DNA of 32,000 nt. Source: a cyanobacterium endosymbiont of Epithemia turgida isolate EtSB Lake Yunoko (GTDB lineage: Bacteria; Cyanobacteriota; Cyanobacteriia; Cyanobacteriales; Microcystaceae). Numbering within the stretch: the first letter of the stretch is position 1; every line of letters starts with the position of its first letter. The translations under genes and the position numbers were made by a program. The stretch covers positions 2,040,001 to 2,072,000 of the forward strand of contig NZ_AP012549.1 in the NCBI RefSeq assembly GCF_000829235.1, read 5' to 3'. Below, in pieces: positions 10,193 through 18,531 of the stretch. Under the pieces are notes generated by a model that ran no database searches, was not told the DNA's origin, and was given only the letters and a program-made list of their open reading frames with translations.

Positions 10193-10348
10193 TTAACATT
10201 CGTCATCCTTGTCTCCTCCACAATCATTGTTAGTAATTACATCTCCAGGCATAATATGAGGGATAGCGAATGCTATGGTTTCTATGCTAACAATGGTGAG
10301 CAAGACGATGGCGGTTCCCCAAAATAATTGACATTTGATAGGTTTCAT
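10193..10348 (-). CDS. Candidate small ORF (51 aa): hydrophobic N-terminus and acidic Cys-rich C-terminus
   Basis: AGGAGA lies 9 nt upstream of ATG 10348. Translation is MKPIKCQLFWGTAIVLLTIVSIETIAFAIPHIMPGDVITNNDCGGDKDDEC*. It falls below the ORF-track length cutoff. It could equally be the surviving 5' stub of a decayed secreted-protein gene. Confidence 0.3.
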   Translation of the reverse strand: MKPIKCQLFWGTAIVLLTIVSIETIAFAIPHIMPGDVITNNDCGGDKDDEC

Positions 10349-10593
10349 AGTTAATTTTCTCCTGGTCATTCACACCAATTGAATTAGTTTTGAGTATCTT
10401 TAATCCTTCACTTTTAGGATAAAACGCCTCACATTGAATGTCAGTCCCACGATTGAATTTTAAGGCTAAGCAACATGGAAGTAAAGCGAAAATAGTAGAA
10501 TTGGGAATAAGTATGTATTAAAAACTACACTTGATACTAACGGCTATTGTTGCCAATGTAAATACTAGATTTAATATTCTTAAGGCAATCGCC

Positions 10594-11964
10594 ATGAAAC
10601 CAAAAGGCTGGGATCAATTCCTCAAAGAAGTAGCCATCGATCAAAATCTCAAAGGAAGACTTCGAGAAATCTTTTTAGTTCGGTTTGCTTATGAAAATTG
10701 GCGTAAACCAGATACAAAGGTTTGGGAACTAGCTGAAGCAGCCAGTCATGAGACATACAAGAAACAAATGACCGAACTCTACAGTTGTTTTGCCAATGAT
10801 CAGCCTAATGGTTGTCCTGAATTGGATCCTCGTAGTAAAGGTCCTGGGAAGTTTCAAGTTTTACGAGAATGGCTCAAAGATATTAAATATCCTGATTGGA
10901 AACAAGCCTCAGCAATGCCAACGTTTTCAAGTCTTTCGATAATTGATCTCCAAATGTGCATAAAAGTTGACTCTCCTATCTATGTTCAACGTCCTCCGGT
11001 TGAAGTAGATAGTTGCCAAGAAATTCTTAAACCTGGTGCGTTAATTAGGATTAAAGCCCCTGAAAAAATGGGAAAAACATCTCTTCTTAATACTATTCTC
11101 GTCTATGCTGAAGCTTATGACTGTTACAAGGTGTATCTTAATCTCCGTGGTGCAGAAGGGGCAATGTTTACCACCTTAGATAAATTTCTTCGCTGGTTTT
11201 GTGCGAACATTAGTAGAGAGTTAGGCCTTAAACCTGAACTCGATGATTATTGGGATGAGGAATTATTTGGTAGTTTAGTAAGTTGTAAAACTTATTTTCA
11301 AAGTTATTTGTTAAAAAAGATTGACCGCCCTATAGCGTTAGGTTTAGACAATCTTGATCGCATCTTTGAATATCCCGATATTGCTAAAGATTTTTTACCT
11401 ATGCTTCGCTATTGGCATGAAGAAGCTAACAATTTAAAAATTTGGCAAAATCTTCGTTTAGTGATTGCTAATTCTACAGAGGTTTATATCAAACTTGACG
11501 CCAATCAATCTCCTTTTAATGTAGGCAGACAGATTAAATTACCTGGGTTTAATCTAGAACAGGTATTAACTTTGGCTAAATATTATGGATTTAGCTGGTC
11601 AGAAGATAAAAAACAACAGGAGTTTGCTAAATATTTAATTGAAATGGTAGGAGGACATCCCTATTTAATTCGTCTTGCTTTTGATGCCCTTACCTATAAG
11701 AATATTCCTCAAAATAAACTCTTAGAAGAAGCCTCGACCCAAGGAGGAATTTATGGGGCGCATTTACGCCGTCATTGGAGTAATTTACAATCTTCTCCTG
11801 GATTAGCTGAAGCTATGAAACAAGTGGTTAAAACTGAAATGGGAGTACAGCTAGAACCATCTGTAGCTTATAAATTAGAGAGTATGGGACTAATTAATTT
11901 AGTTGGAGATGAAGCCCAGCCCACTTGCAAGCTATATCATAGCTATTTTCTGGATAATCTTTAA
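10594..11964 (+). CDS. AAA-like (AAA_35/STAND-type) P-loop NTPase with an N-terminal HTH-like module
   Basis: Walker A is APEKMGKTSLL (GKT codons 11071-11079) and the Walker B-like block is IALGLDNLD. The ~330-aa C-terminal body resembles the cyanobacterial AAA-like domain as I recall it. The N-terminus LKGRLREIFLVRF..YKKQMTELYSCF..KGPGKFQVLREWL resembles the short HTH-like prefix of cyanobacterial multidomain signalling/conflict proteins. ATG 10594 is preferred to TTG 10531. Confidence 0.75.
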   Translation: MKPKGWDQFLKEVAIDQNLKGRLREIFLVRFAYENWRKPDTKVWELAEAASHETYKKQMTELYSCFANDQPNGCPELDPRSKGPGKFQVLREWLKDIKYPDWKQASAMPTFSSLSIIDLQMCIKVDSPIYVQRPPVEVDSCQEILKPGALIRIKAPEKMGKTSLLNTILVYAEAYDCYKVYLNLRGAEGAMFTTLDKFLRWFCANISRELGLKPELDDYWDEELFGSLVSCKTYFQSYLLKKIDRPIALGLDNLDRIFEYPDIAKDFLPMLRYWHEEANNLKIWQNLRLVIANSTEVYIKLDANQSPFNVGRQIKLPGFNLEQVLTLAKYYGFSWSEDKKQQEFAKYLIEMVGGHPYLIRLAFDALTYKNIPQNKLLEEASTQGGIYGAHLRRHWSNLQSSPGLAEAMKQVVKTEMGVQLEPSVAYKLESMGLINLVGDEAQPTCKLYHSYFLDNL

Positions 11965-12343
11965 ACTCTAATTTTATTGAATAGTATCAATTAATTTTTC
12001 TGCTTCTTCTGATACTCGGTACAAATACCAACTATTTCTCAATATATAGCTTTTTAAAAGACTATTTGTGTTTTCATTTATGCTCCTCCTCTTTAAAGGA
12101 CATATTTATAGTTTTTTGTGCTTACAATCACAAAAACTCCAAGGATTTCAAGAAAAGCTATCTCTAAAACTAATAAAAAAAATATTCTTAAAAATCCCAA
12201 ATGAGTTAAATTGTATAGATGTATAAGTTCACTTAAAATAAGATATTCAAATTGGCAATTTTGTTAAAGAATTAAATTAGTTTAAGTATTTTATCTGTAA
12301 AATTAGTTACTAATTTACAAAATTAACCGTCAGCTTTAATTTA

Positions 12344-13429
12344 CTAGATTATAATTAGTATCCCATCTCCAAAAGAATAAAATCGATAACGCTGTTCAAT
12401 TGCTTCTTGATATAAATTCATCAATCGTTCTCGTCCTATTAAAGCACTCACTAACATTAATAAACTTGATCGCGGCAAGTGAAAATTTGTAATCATTCCA
12501 TCAATCACTTGCCAGGAATACCCAGGATAAATAAATAGATTAGTTTTGCCTTGAAATGCTACTAACTCTTGTTTACCTTGAGTTTTAGCTATTTGTACTG
12601 CCCCTTCCAAAGATCGAACCACCGTTGTTCCTACTGCAATCACCCGTCCCCCATTCTTTTTTGTCTTAGCAATCATATCCACAGTAATTTGGGGTACTTC
12701 CACCCATTCCGAATGCATATTATGTTGGGAAATATCTTCCACCTCCACAGGACGAAATGTTCCTACTCCTACATGGAGAGTGACATAAGCTTGAGCAATT
12801 CCTTTATCAGTCAATCTTTGTAACAACTCTGGGGTAAAGTGTAATCCTGCTGTGGGAGCTGCCACCGCTCCAAGTTTTTGAGCATAAACGGTTTGATAAA
12901 GATCGAAGTTATCTTCAAAACGGGTGATATAAGGAGGTAGAGGAATTGTTCCCAAGTGTTCAATCACTTGCCAAAATAAGTCCGGTGAAGATCTCTCAAA
13001 CTGTAATAATCTTCCCCCTGTTGCTGAATCAACTTTAAGTACCTTAGCTTTTAAATAAACGGGGCTTTTTGTATTTCTCTCTGGAGAGTCGGGAAACCAA
13101 ATTTCCGAACCAACTTTAAAGCATTTTCCTGGTTTAACCAAAGCCAACCAACAGAAAGGGGCTTTTTCCTCTAATAGCAGGATCTCAACAGGTGCACCTG
13201 TCGGTTTATGTCCATAAAGTCTAGCCCGAATGACACGAGTATCATTGAGCACTAATAAATCTCCTGGTAATAACCACTGAGGTAACTCTCGGAACACACT
13301 ATGAACTTGAGTCGTCAAGCAATTAACTACCAATAATCGAGAACTATCTCTAGGGGTAACAGGTTTTTGGGCAATCAACTCAGGTGGCAATTGATAATCG
13401 TAACTCGATAATAAATAGTCATCAGTCAT
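12344..13429 (-). CDS. queA: S-adenosylmethionine:tRNA ribosyltransferase-isomerase (queuosine biosynthesis)
   Basis: MTDDYLLSSYDYQLPPELIAQKPVTPRDSSRLLVV, VAAPTAGLHFT and TTVVRSLE are QueA blocks. The start is set at ATG 13429. The 33-codon extension in the ORF track runs through an intergenic GC-rich hairpin. Confidence 0.93.
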   Translation of the reverse strand: MTDDYLLSSYDYQLPPELIAQKPVTPRDSSRLLVVNCLTTQVHSVFRELPQWLLPGDLLVLNDTRVIRARLYGHKPTGAPVEILLLEEKAPFCWLALVKPGKCFKVGSEIWFPDSPERNTKSPVYLKAKVLKVDSATGGRLLQFERSSPDLFWQVIEHLGTIPLPPYITRFEDNFDLYQTVYAQKLGAVAAPTAGLHFTPELLQRLTDKGIAQAYVTLHVGVGTFRPVEVEDISQHNMHSEWVEVPQITVDMIAKTKKNGGRVIAVGTTVVRSLEGAVQIAKTQGKQELVAFQGKTNLFIYPGYSWQVIDGMITNFHLPRSSLLMLVSALIGRERLMNLYQEAIEQRYRFYSFGDGILIII

Positions 13430-13452
13430 AGGGAAAACAAAAATCTGAAGAT

Positions 13453-13501
13453 GGGGACTCTCCCCCCATTGTAAAACGTCTAAAATGGGGGGAGAGTCCC
13501 C
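13453..13501. repeat. GC-rich perfect 18-bp inverted repeat between divergent queA and the 129-aa gene
   Basis: GGGGACTCTCCCCCCATT (13453-13470) is the exact reverse complement of AATGGGGGGAGAGTCCCC (13484-13501), with a 13-nt loop. Confidence 0.85.
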
Positions 13502-13577
13502 TATGAAAATTGGTTGGATTATTGTCACCCTAGAAGACGTAGGATAATTAATTAAGCAGATAACTTAGAGAGAAACA

Positions 13578-13967
13578 ATGGACTATATTTACTTTCTTGG
13601 TAACGCAAGCTTAACCTTACGGGTCATCGAATACTTACAATCGACAAATGACTGGCCATATTGTTCGATGACAGTTATTCATCAAATTAATGGTTGGATC
13701 GTTAGGGTCAAGTTTAAACAGCCTTTAACTCCTTACCAACACGGGAACTTTAAGGCATTTATGAATGAAATCGGTATCCCCTACGAACTTGAAATACGTC
13801 TTCAAATGGTCTTCTGGAGTTTAGAAACGGGACAATCTCCCATTGATGTCATGCGTCGTTATCAAGTGGCTATTGTTTCTCACGGATCTCCAGATACTAA
13901 TGACATTGAGGCATTTCGGCAACAGTTCACTAAAGGCTTAGGTTATTGCCCAGAAACTTTAGCTTAA
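13578..13967 (+). CDS. Hypothetical protein (129 aa)
   Basis: An uninterrupted ORF with coding-like composition relative to its flanks. I recognise no motif and there is no clear SD. Confidence 0.55.
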   Translation: MDYIYFLGNASLTLRVIEYLQSTNDWPYCSMTVIHQINGWIVRVKFKQPLTPYQHGNFKAFMNEIGIPYELEIRLQMVFWSLETGQSPIDVMRRYQVAIVSHGSPDTNDIEAFRQQFTKGLGYCPETLA

Positions 13968-14292
13968 TTCGTCAGGAAATTTGGGTAGGAATCCTTTCCT
14001 AGAACGATGGCTTCGTATTAGAGTGTCACGTAGGTTAAGCAACCCATCCAAGACAATATATTTAAGTTAAGACAGCTTTTAGAATAAAGTCCAGTTAACC
14101 TAATTAACTGATAGTGCAGACAATAACAAGTAGAGGCGGTTTTGTTGAAGCAGAAATATAGAATTATGAGGCTCAGGAGTTACTCCTGTTTTTCGGCGTG
14201 TGAAGATGTTAAAACCATTCCTATTAATTAGAAACAAAATGGTTCATGACACGGTATACTCCACCCAGAAATATTGATTAACTAGAAAAGTA

Positions 14293-15654
14293 ATGATAGC
14301 CGTAGCAATTCTCGCAGCAGGACGTGGAACACGAATGAAGTCAGACCTTCCTAAGGTACTTCATCAAGTGGGGGGACGTTCATTGGTAGAACGGGTACTT
14401 GAAAGTTGTTGTCTGCTCAATCCATCTAAAAAACTCGTCATTGTAGGTTATGAAGCTCAACTAGTTCAACAGTCATTGCATCAGGTTGGCTTCTTAGAAT
14501 TTATTGAGCAAAGAGAACAATTAGGCACAGGCCATGCTATTCAACAATTGTTACCCTGTTTAAAAGACTTTACCGGAGATTTATTAGTCTTAAATGGAGA
14601 TGTGCCCTTATTAAGGCCTGAAACGTTAGAAAATTTACTCAAGATTCATAAACTTCATCGTAATGCTGCTACATTACTCACAGCCCATTTACCTGAACCA
14701 AAAGGATATGGACGAGTGTTTTGTGATGGTGACAATTTAATCAGACAAATTGTGGAAGATCGTGACTGTAACGCCGCCCAAAAACAAACCCATCGCGTCA
14801 ATGGAGGTATTTATTGTTTTAATTGGCCTAAATTAGCCGAAGTGCTGCCAAAACTCTCTTCTAATAATGATCAAGAAGAATATTATTTAACAGATGTGGT
14901 TAAGTATCTATCTCCTGTGATGGCAGTAGATGTGAAAGATTATTTTGAGATTAGTGGGATTAATGATCGTAAACAATTGGCTATTGCCAATGATATCCTT
15001 CAAAATCGTATTAAAGATTATTGGATGGCTAAAGGAGTGACCATGATTGCTCCTGATAGTATCACTATTGACGATACCGTTAAATTACAACCTGATGTTG
15101 TGATCGAAGCCCAAAGTCACTTAAGGGGAGATACTATTATTGGGAAAGGAAGTATCATTGGACCAGGAACTCTAATTGAAAATAGTAAAGTTGGTAAAAA
15201 CGTAATAGTACTCTACTCGGTCATCATTGATAGTCAAGTAGCCGATGGATGTCGTGTTGGACCCTATACACATTTGCGGGGTCAAGCTCGGGTGGGAGAG
15301 TCCTCTCGTATTGGCAATTTTGTAGAAATTAAAAAGTCAATCATCGGACAAAAAACCAATGTGGCTCATCTTTCCTATTTGGGGGATGCAACGTTAGGAG
15401 AAGGGGTTAACGTGGGGGCCGGAACAATTACTGCTAACTATGATGGGGTGCAAAAACATCCGACCATTATTGGTGATGGAACAAAAACCGGAGCGAATAG
15501 TGTGTTTGTTGCTCCAGTGACGTTAGGGGAAAATGTCACTGTAGCTGCGGGGTCTGTTGTCACCGATAATGTCCCCGATCAAGCTTTAGTCATTGCTCGA
15601 AAACGGCAGCGAATTATAAAGGATTGGAAAATGAGTATTAAAAAGAAAAATTAG
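14293..15654 (+). CDS. glmU: Bifunctional UDP-N-acetylglucosamine diphosphorylase / glucosamine-1-phosphate N-acetyltransferase
   Basis: The N-terminal nucleotidyltransferase motif is [18 protein letters not shown]. The C-terminal left-handed beta-helix hexapeptide repeats include [12 protein letters not shown]. The 453-aa length fits. Confidence 0.95.
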   Translation: MIAVAILAAGRGTRMKSDLPKVLHQVGGRSLVERVLESCCLLNPSKKLVIVGYEAQLVQQSLHQVGFLEFIEQREQLGTGHAIQQLLPCLKDFTGDLLVLNGDVPLLRPETLENLLKIHKLHRNAATLLTAHLPEPKGYGRVFCDGDNLIRQIVEDRDCNAAQKQTHRVNGGIYCFNWPKLAEVLPKLSSNNDQEEYYLTDVVKYLSPVMAVDVKDYFEISGINDRKQLAIANDILQNRIKDYWMAKGVTMIAPDSITIDDTVKLQPDVVIEAQSHLRGDTIIGKGSIIGPGTLIENSKVGKNVIVLYSVIIDSQVADGCRVGPYTHLRGQARVGESSRIGNFVEIKKSIIGQKTNVAHLSYLGDATLGEGVNVGAGTITANYDGVQKHPTIIGDGTKTGANSVFVAPVTLGENVTVAAGSVVTDNVPDQALVIARKRQRIIKDWKMSIKKKN

Positions 15655-16094
15655 TAATTTATTGTTCTCAATGAGATAAATAATAACTGACATAAAATTA
15701 CTTAAACTAGAAGTTCGACTTTTTACTTATAAGTCGTTGAGCCGCAATAAACAATACAATTTCAAGAAACTGGAAGAAAGTAAGTAGATTGTTAATCTGT
15801 TCTAAAAAAATACAAAAGGATCCTAGCATAATAAACTAAAACAAAGCTTAAAATGAATATACTATGGGTACTGATAAGTGTAAGTTTGACAGTCACTTCT
15901 ACCTGGTTGAATAAGAGTTAGTCTTTTTGGTTTGATTTTTAGTTAATCGACTTTGCCGGATTTATTATTAAAAATAATAAATCTCTTCACTTCTAAACTA
16001 TTCAATGATGAAGATGATTTAATGGCGTCTATCACTGCTATCATCAATTCGTATTTATCTTCTAGCATACTACCGGCTAATTTAGTTTCTTTTA

Positions 16095-16149
16095 TTATTT
16101 ACCATTCTTACTCAAAAATTGTAAATTTTTGAGTAAGAATGGTAAATAA
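16095..16149. repeat. Perfect 26-bp inverted repeat with a 3-nt loop
   Basis: TTATTTACCATTCTTACTCAAAAATT (16095-16120), GTA, AATTTTTGAGTAAGAATGGTAAATAA (16124-16149). Checked base by base. Confidence 0.9.
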
Positions 16150-16408
16150 GTAGGCAAAAAATATGTGAATACTACTTTCTTTGTCTTTTCTACTTGACTT
16201 TTATAGCGCAACTAACATGATTAAGTCCATGTTTTTCAAGAATCATTGTTATTTTTTTAAAAAATTTTAATCTTTTTAAAAATTATTATCTTGCTAGTTC
16301 ATTAACTTAATAATATTAAGTAAGTAGCCTTTAATGATTTAAGCAGTACAAAACAAATTCAAATAAAAAATAAATTATCTAGATCAAATAACTCTTTAAA
16401 AACTTTAC

Positions 16409-16452
16409 TTAGCTTTGCATATTAGTTTAAGTTGACTAATATGCAAAGCTAA
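16409..16452. repeat. Perfect 18-bp inverted repeat with an 8-nt loop
   Basis: TTAGCTTTGCATATTAGT (16409-16426) pairs with ACTAATATGCAAAGCTAA (16435-16452). The flanks extend the pairing imperfectly (TTTACTT versus AAAAAGTAAA). Confidence 0.85.
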
Positions 16453-16557
16453 AAAGTAAAAATTCTATTGCTGTGACATCCTGGTGTCGGAAAATTGCTT
16501 AAGGGGAGAAAATCTATAGCTTTTGTGGAGTGTAGGAATTAGTTTTCTTTCAAAGGA

Positions 16558-16998
16558 TTATGAAGGCAGAATTTTATCATTTTGATTAAATAACTCAAAT
16601 ATTTGACGACAGAAACATTTAAGTTTTTCTTCTACATCTGCAGCTGGTTGATAATCTCCCTCGAATTGCCAATCATACACTGTTGACAGTCGCCAGGTCT
16701 GGCCTTGATGATTAAACGCAGCTGTATCGACTCCAACTAATTTTTCGGAGTCATCTAGGGAATCTTGATGGAAACGAATTTGTACCAACAGACTACGACT
16801 TTGGAAACGGGGACTCCATCCAGGTAAATGAAACCCAATGTCAATGGAATTGGGATCGACTAATTCAATGGTATCAGGATCATTATACCAAGGTTTAAGA
16901 TCTGCTTTCGCATCGGGAAAATACGACTCAAATAGATGGACAATGACTGCAATCTTAGTAGCCACTTCTAGTCCTTGTGCTTTTTCCGACGCGTTCAT
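16558..16998 (-). CDS. Hypothetical protein (146 aa)
   Basis: A strong RBS (AAGAGGAGA) lies a few nt upstream of ATG 16998. The ORF has coding-like composition and no motif I recognise. The 11-codon upstream extension in the ORF track is rejected. Confidence 0.65.
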   Translation of the reverse strand: MNASEKAQGLEVATKIAVIVHLFESYFPDAKADLKPWYNDPDTIELVDPNSIDIGFHLPGWSPRFQSRSLLVQIRFHQDSLDDSEKLVGVDTAAFNHQGQTWRLSTVYDWQFEGDYQPAADVEEKLKCFCRQIFELFNQNDKILPS

Positions 16999-17981
16999 AG
17001 TGTAATCTCCTCTTACATACAGATATATCAACAGGTTTTAATTCGGTCTTAGATGATAAATTTAATGAATAAATTTTCTCTATTCTATGCCAGGATTTTA
17101 ATAATTTTTTATATAGATAAAAACAAAAAAATTAAAAGTTTATGACAGAGCATTTCCTGACAATTGGTTTTCCTTAGTAATTTTATCGGGAGGTTTACCC
17201 AACCTAATGATACTGAAAAAACCCTCTGTTATTCTTCTCGATGGATGACTTTCCAACTATACTCAGCTAGCAACAAAAAGGTTTCTAAATAAAAGCCCCT
17301 GATTAAATTAGGTTTAGAAAATATGCCATGCTAGACGGGGAGAGTTTACCTATACTCCCCAGACTTATAGTTAGGCGTTATAAGTGTTTATTGAAGTCTT
17401 AGATCCTAAGCAATTATCTATACATCGTCTAAGATTTTCTAGTCTCAGTGGGAACATAATATGCCTTTGCTCATCTTAGGATAATTGATTGTCTGATCAT
17501 ATTGAATATTCCCATGTCATCTACCGTAAAATTACCATAGATCATGAAACAGTAGGAGATTACTCTTTTAGCGGATTTAATAATTCAAAATATTCTAATT
17601 ATCAATTAAAATCTTGATAAAAGAAGTAAGTTTATTGTTTATGATAAAAAATTGGCAATACATTGACAACCATAAAAGTTCAGCTTTGGGACGGTCTTTG
17701 CTGATCACCACAATAATGGCTATTCGAAAAAAGGTTAATATTTGGGGTCATTGTCACCTTAATTGTTTGAGGGATGGCTGCTACCTGACTATTTTCAAAG
17801 GTTTCCGAAAGCTTAGCGGCTGGTTTATCGTGGGATTGCTCAATTCCGATGAGGCTCAACACTATTCCTAAAAACATTGGATGCAAGAAGTGAGCAATCC
17901 AATTGTAAACTTTTCATGCCGTTAGACTTGATAAAAAATCTAAATTATTGGGAAAAGTAATAGAATGATGTCAAGTATTAA

Positions 17982-18200
17982 GTCGATTTTATCGATGGTC
18001 TTGATGCTCGTGACCGTTTTTTAGTGAGTTACAGTGGTCTTCAAGTGTCTATTCTCACCACCTGATCCCTTATAAAAAATTGAGCAACTGCAAGTTTTGA
18101 TTGGACCGATTACAGAAGCGTAGGAAAAATATCAATTTTAAAAGATTTCATCTCTGACCCAGATTGGATAGATACCCGAACTTATATTCATGGACCTTAA
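17982..18200 (+). pseudogene. Unassigned 3' gene remnant (73-codon frame with two in-frame stops) ending just before an orphan terminator
   Basis: The frame reads VDFIDGLDARDRFLVSYSGLQVSILTT*SLIKN*ATASFDWTDYRSVGKISILKDFISDPDWIDTRTYIHGP*. Its composition is less AT-rich than the surrounding desert and a terminator follows immediately. The family is not recognised. Confidence 0.25.
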
Positions 18201-18206
18201 AGCACA

Positions 18207-18290
18207 CTTGGGCAACAGATGAATAATTTACACTATTCTTTGTTGCCCAAGTAACAAAAAACTGCTTTTAGTCTAGTTAAGCAGTTTTTT
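18207..18290 (+). terminator. Tandem hairpins; the second (18256-18290) is a bidirectional-type intrinsic terminator
   Basis: Hairpin 1: CTTGGGCAACA (18207-18217) pairs with TGTTGCCCAAG (18241-18251). Hairpin 2: AAAAAACTGCTT (18256-18267) pairs with AAGCAGTTTTTT (18279-18290), an A6...T6-flanked stem. Confidence 0.6.
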
Positions 18291-18466
18291 AATCATTTTG
18301 AACAGATTAATACGTCGGTAGCTATAAATCTTAATAGATTAGCCGCTCAAAACCAATACTATCAGGCTGTTCAGGACTTTGATACGTTCTTGTTTCTGAT
18401 TCCTCAATGTAGTTAAGTTAGTTAATAGTTAACAGTTCATAGTAGTCGGTTATCCCTTTTTAATTG

Positions 18467-18495
18467 TTGACATACTAATCACTTTTTTATACTAT
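18467..18495 (+). promoter_or_regulatory. Sigma70-type promoter candidate for the thiO-like gene
   Basis: TTGACA (18467-18472), a 17-nt spacer, then TACTAT (18490-18495), about 37 nt upstream of ATG 18532. Confidence 0.4.
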
Positions 18496-18531
18496 TTAAA
18501 TCTTAACTTCGTCCTTTATTTTTGAGTAAAA

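Noticed and set aside
12569-12823. 84-aa ORF antisense to queA
   Set aside because: A shadow ORF inside a confidently identified gene.
13430-13528. 33-codon N-terminal extension of queA in the ORF track
   Set aside because: The extension translates the GC-rich inverted repeat (GDSPPILDVLQWGESP is the hairpin read in frame). QueA homologues start at the ..SYDYQLP.. block, just after ATG 13429.
13968-14292. Moderately GC-richer spacer before glmU with small hairpins (TAGGAA-TCC-TTCCTA at about 13987-14001; CAGGAG-TTA-CTCCTG followed by T5 at about 14174-14193); considered as an sRNA or riboswitch
   Set aside because: I recognise no known ncRNA consensus (ffs, 6S, tmRNA, glmS-type), the stems are only 6 bp, and the function cannot be supported from sequence alone.
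17614-17886. Overlapping 85-aa (+) and 68-aa (-) ORFs in the desert
   Set aside because: They are mutually overlapping on opposite strands, without RBS or motifs. The minus frame (..LGIVLSLIGIEQSHDKPAAKL..) may be a remnant of an exported protein, but I cannot assign it. Neither is credible as an intact gene.
18300-18531. Looked for a TPP (THI-box) riboswitch upstream of the thiO-like gene
   Set aside because: I could not find the conserved CUGAGA / ACCUGAUCUGGAUAAUGCCAGCG-type elements. The region holds only a sigma70-like promoter candidate.
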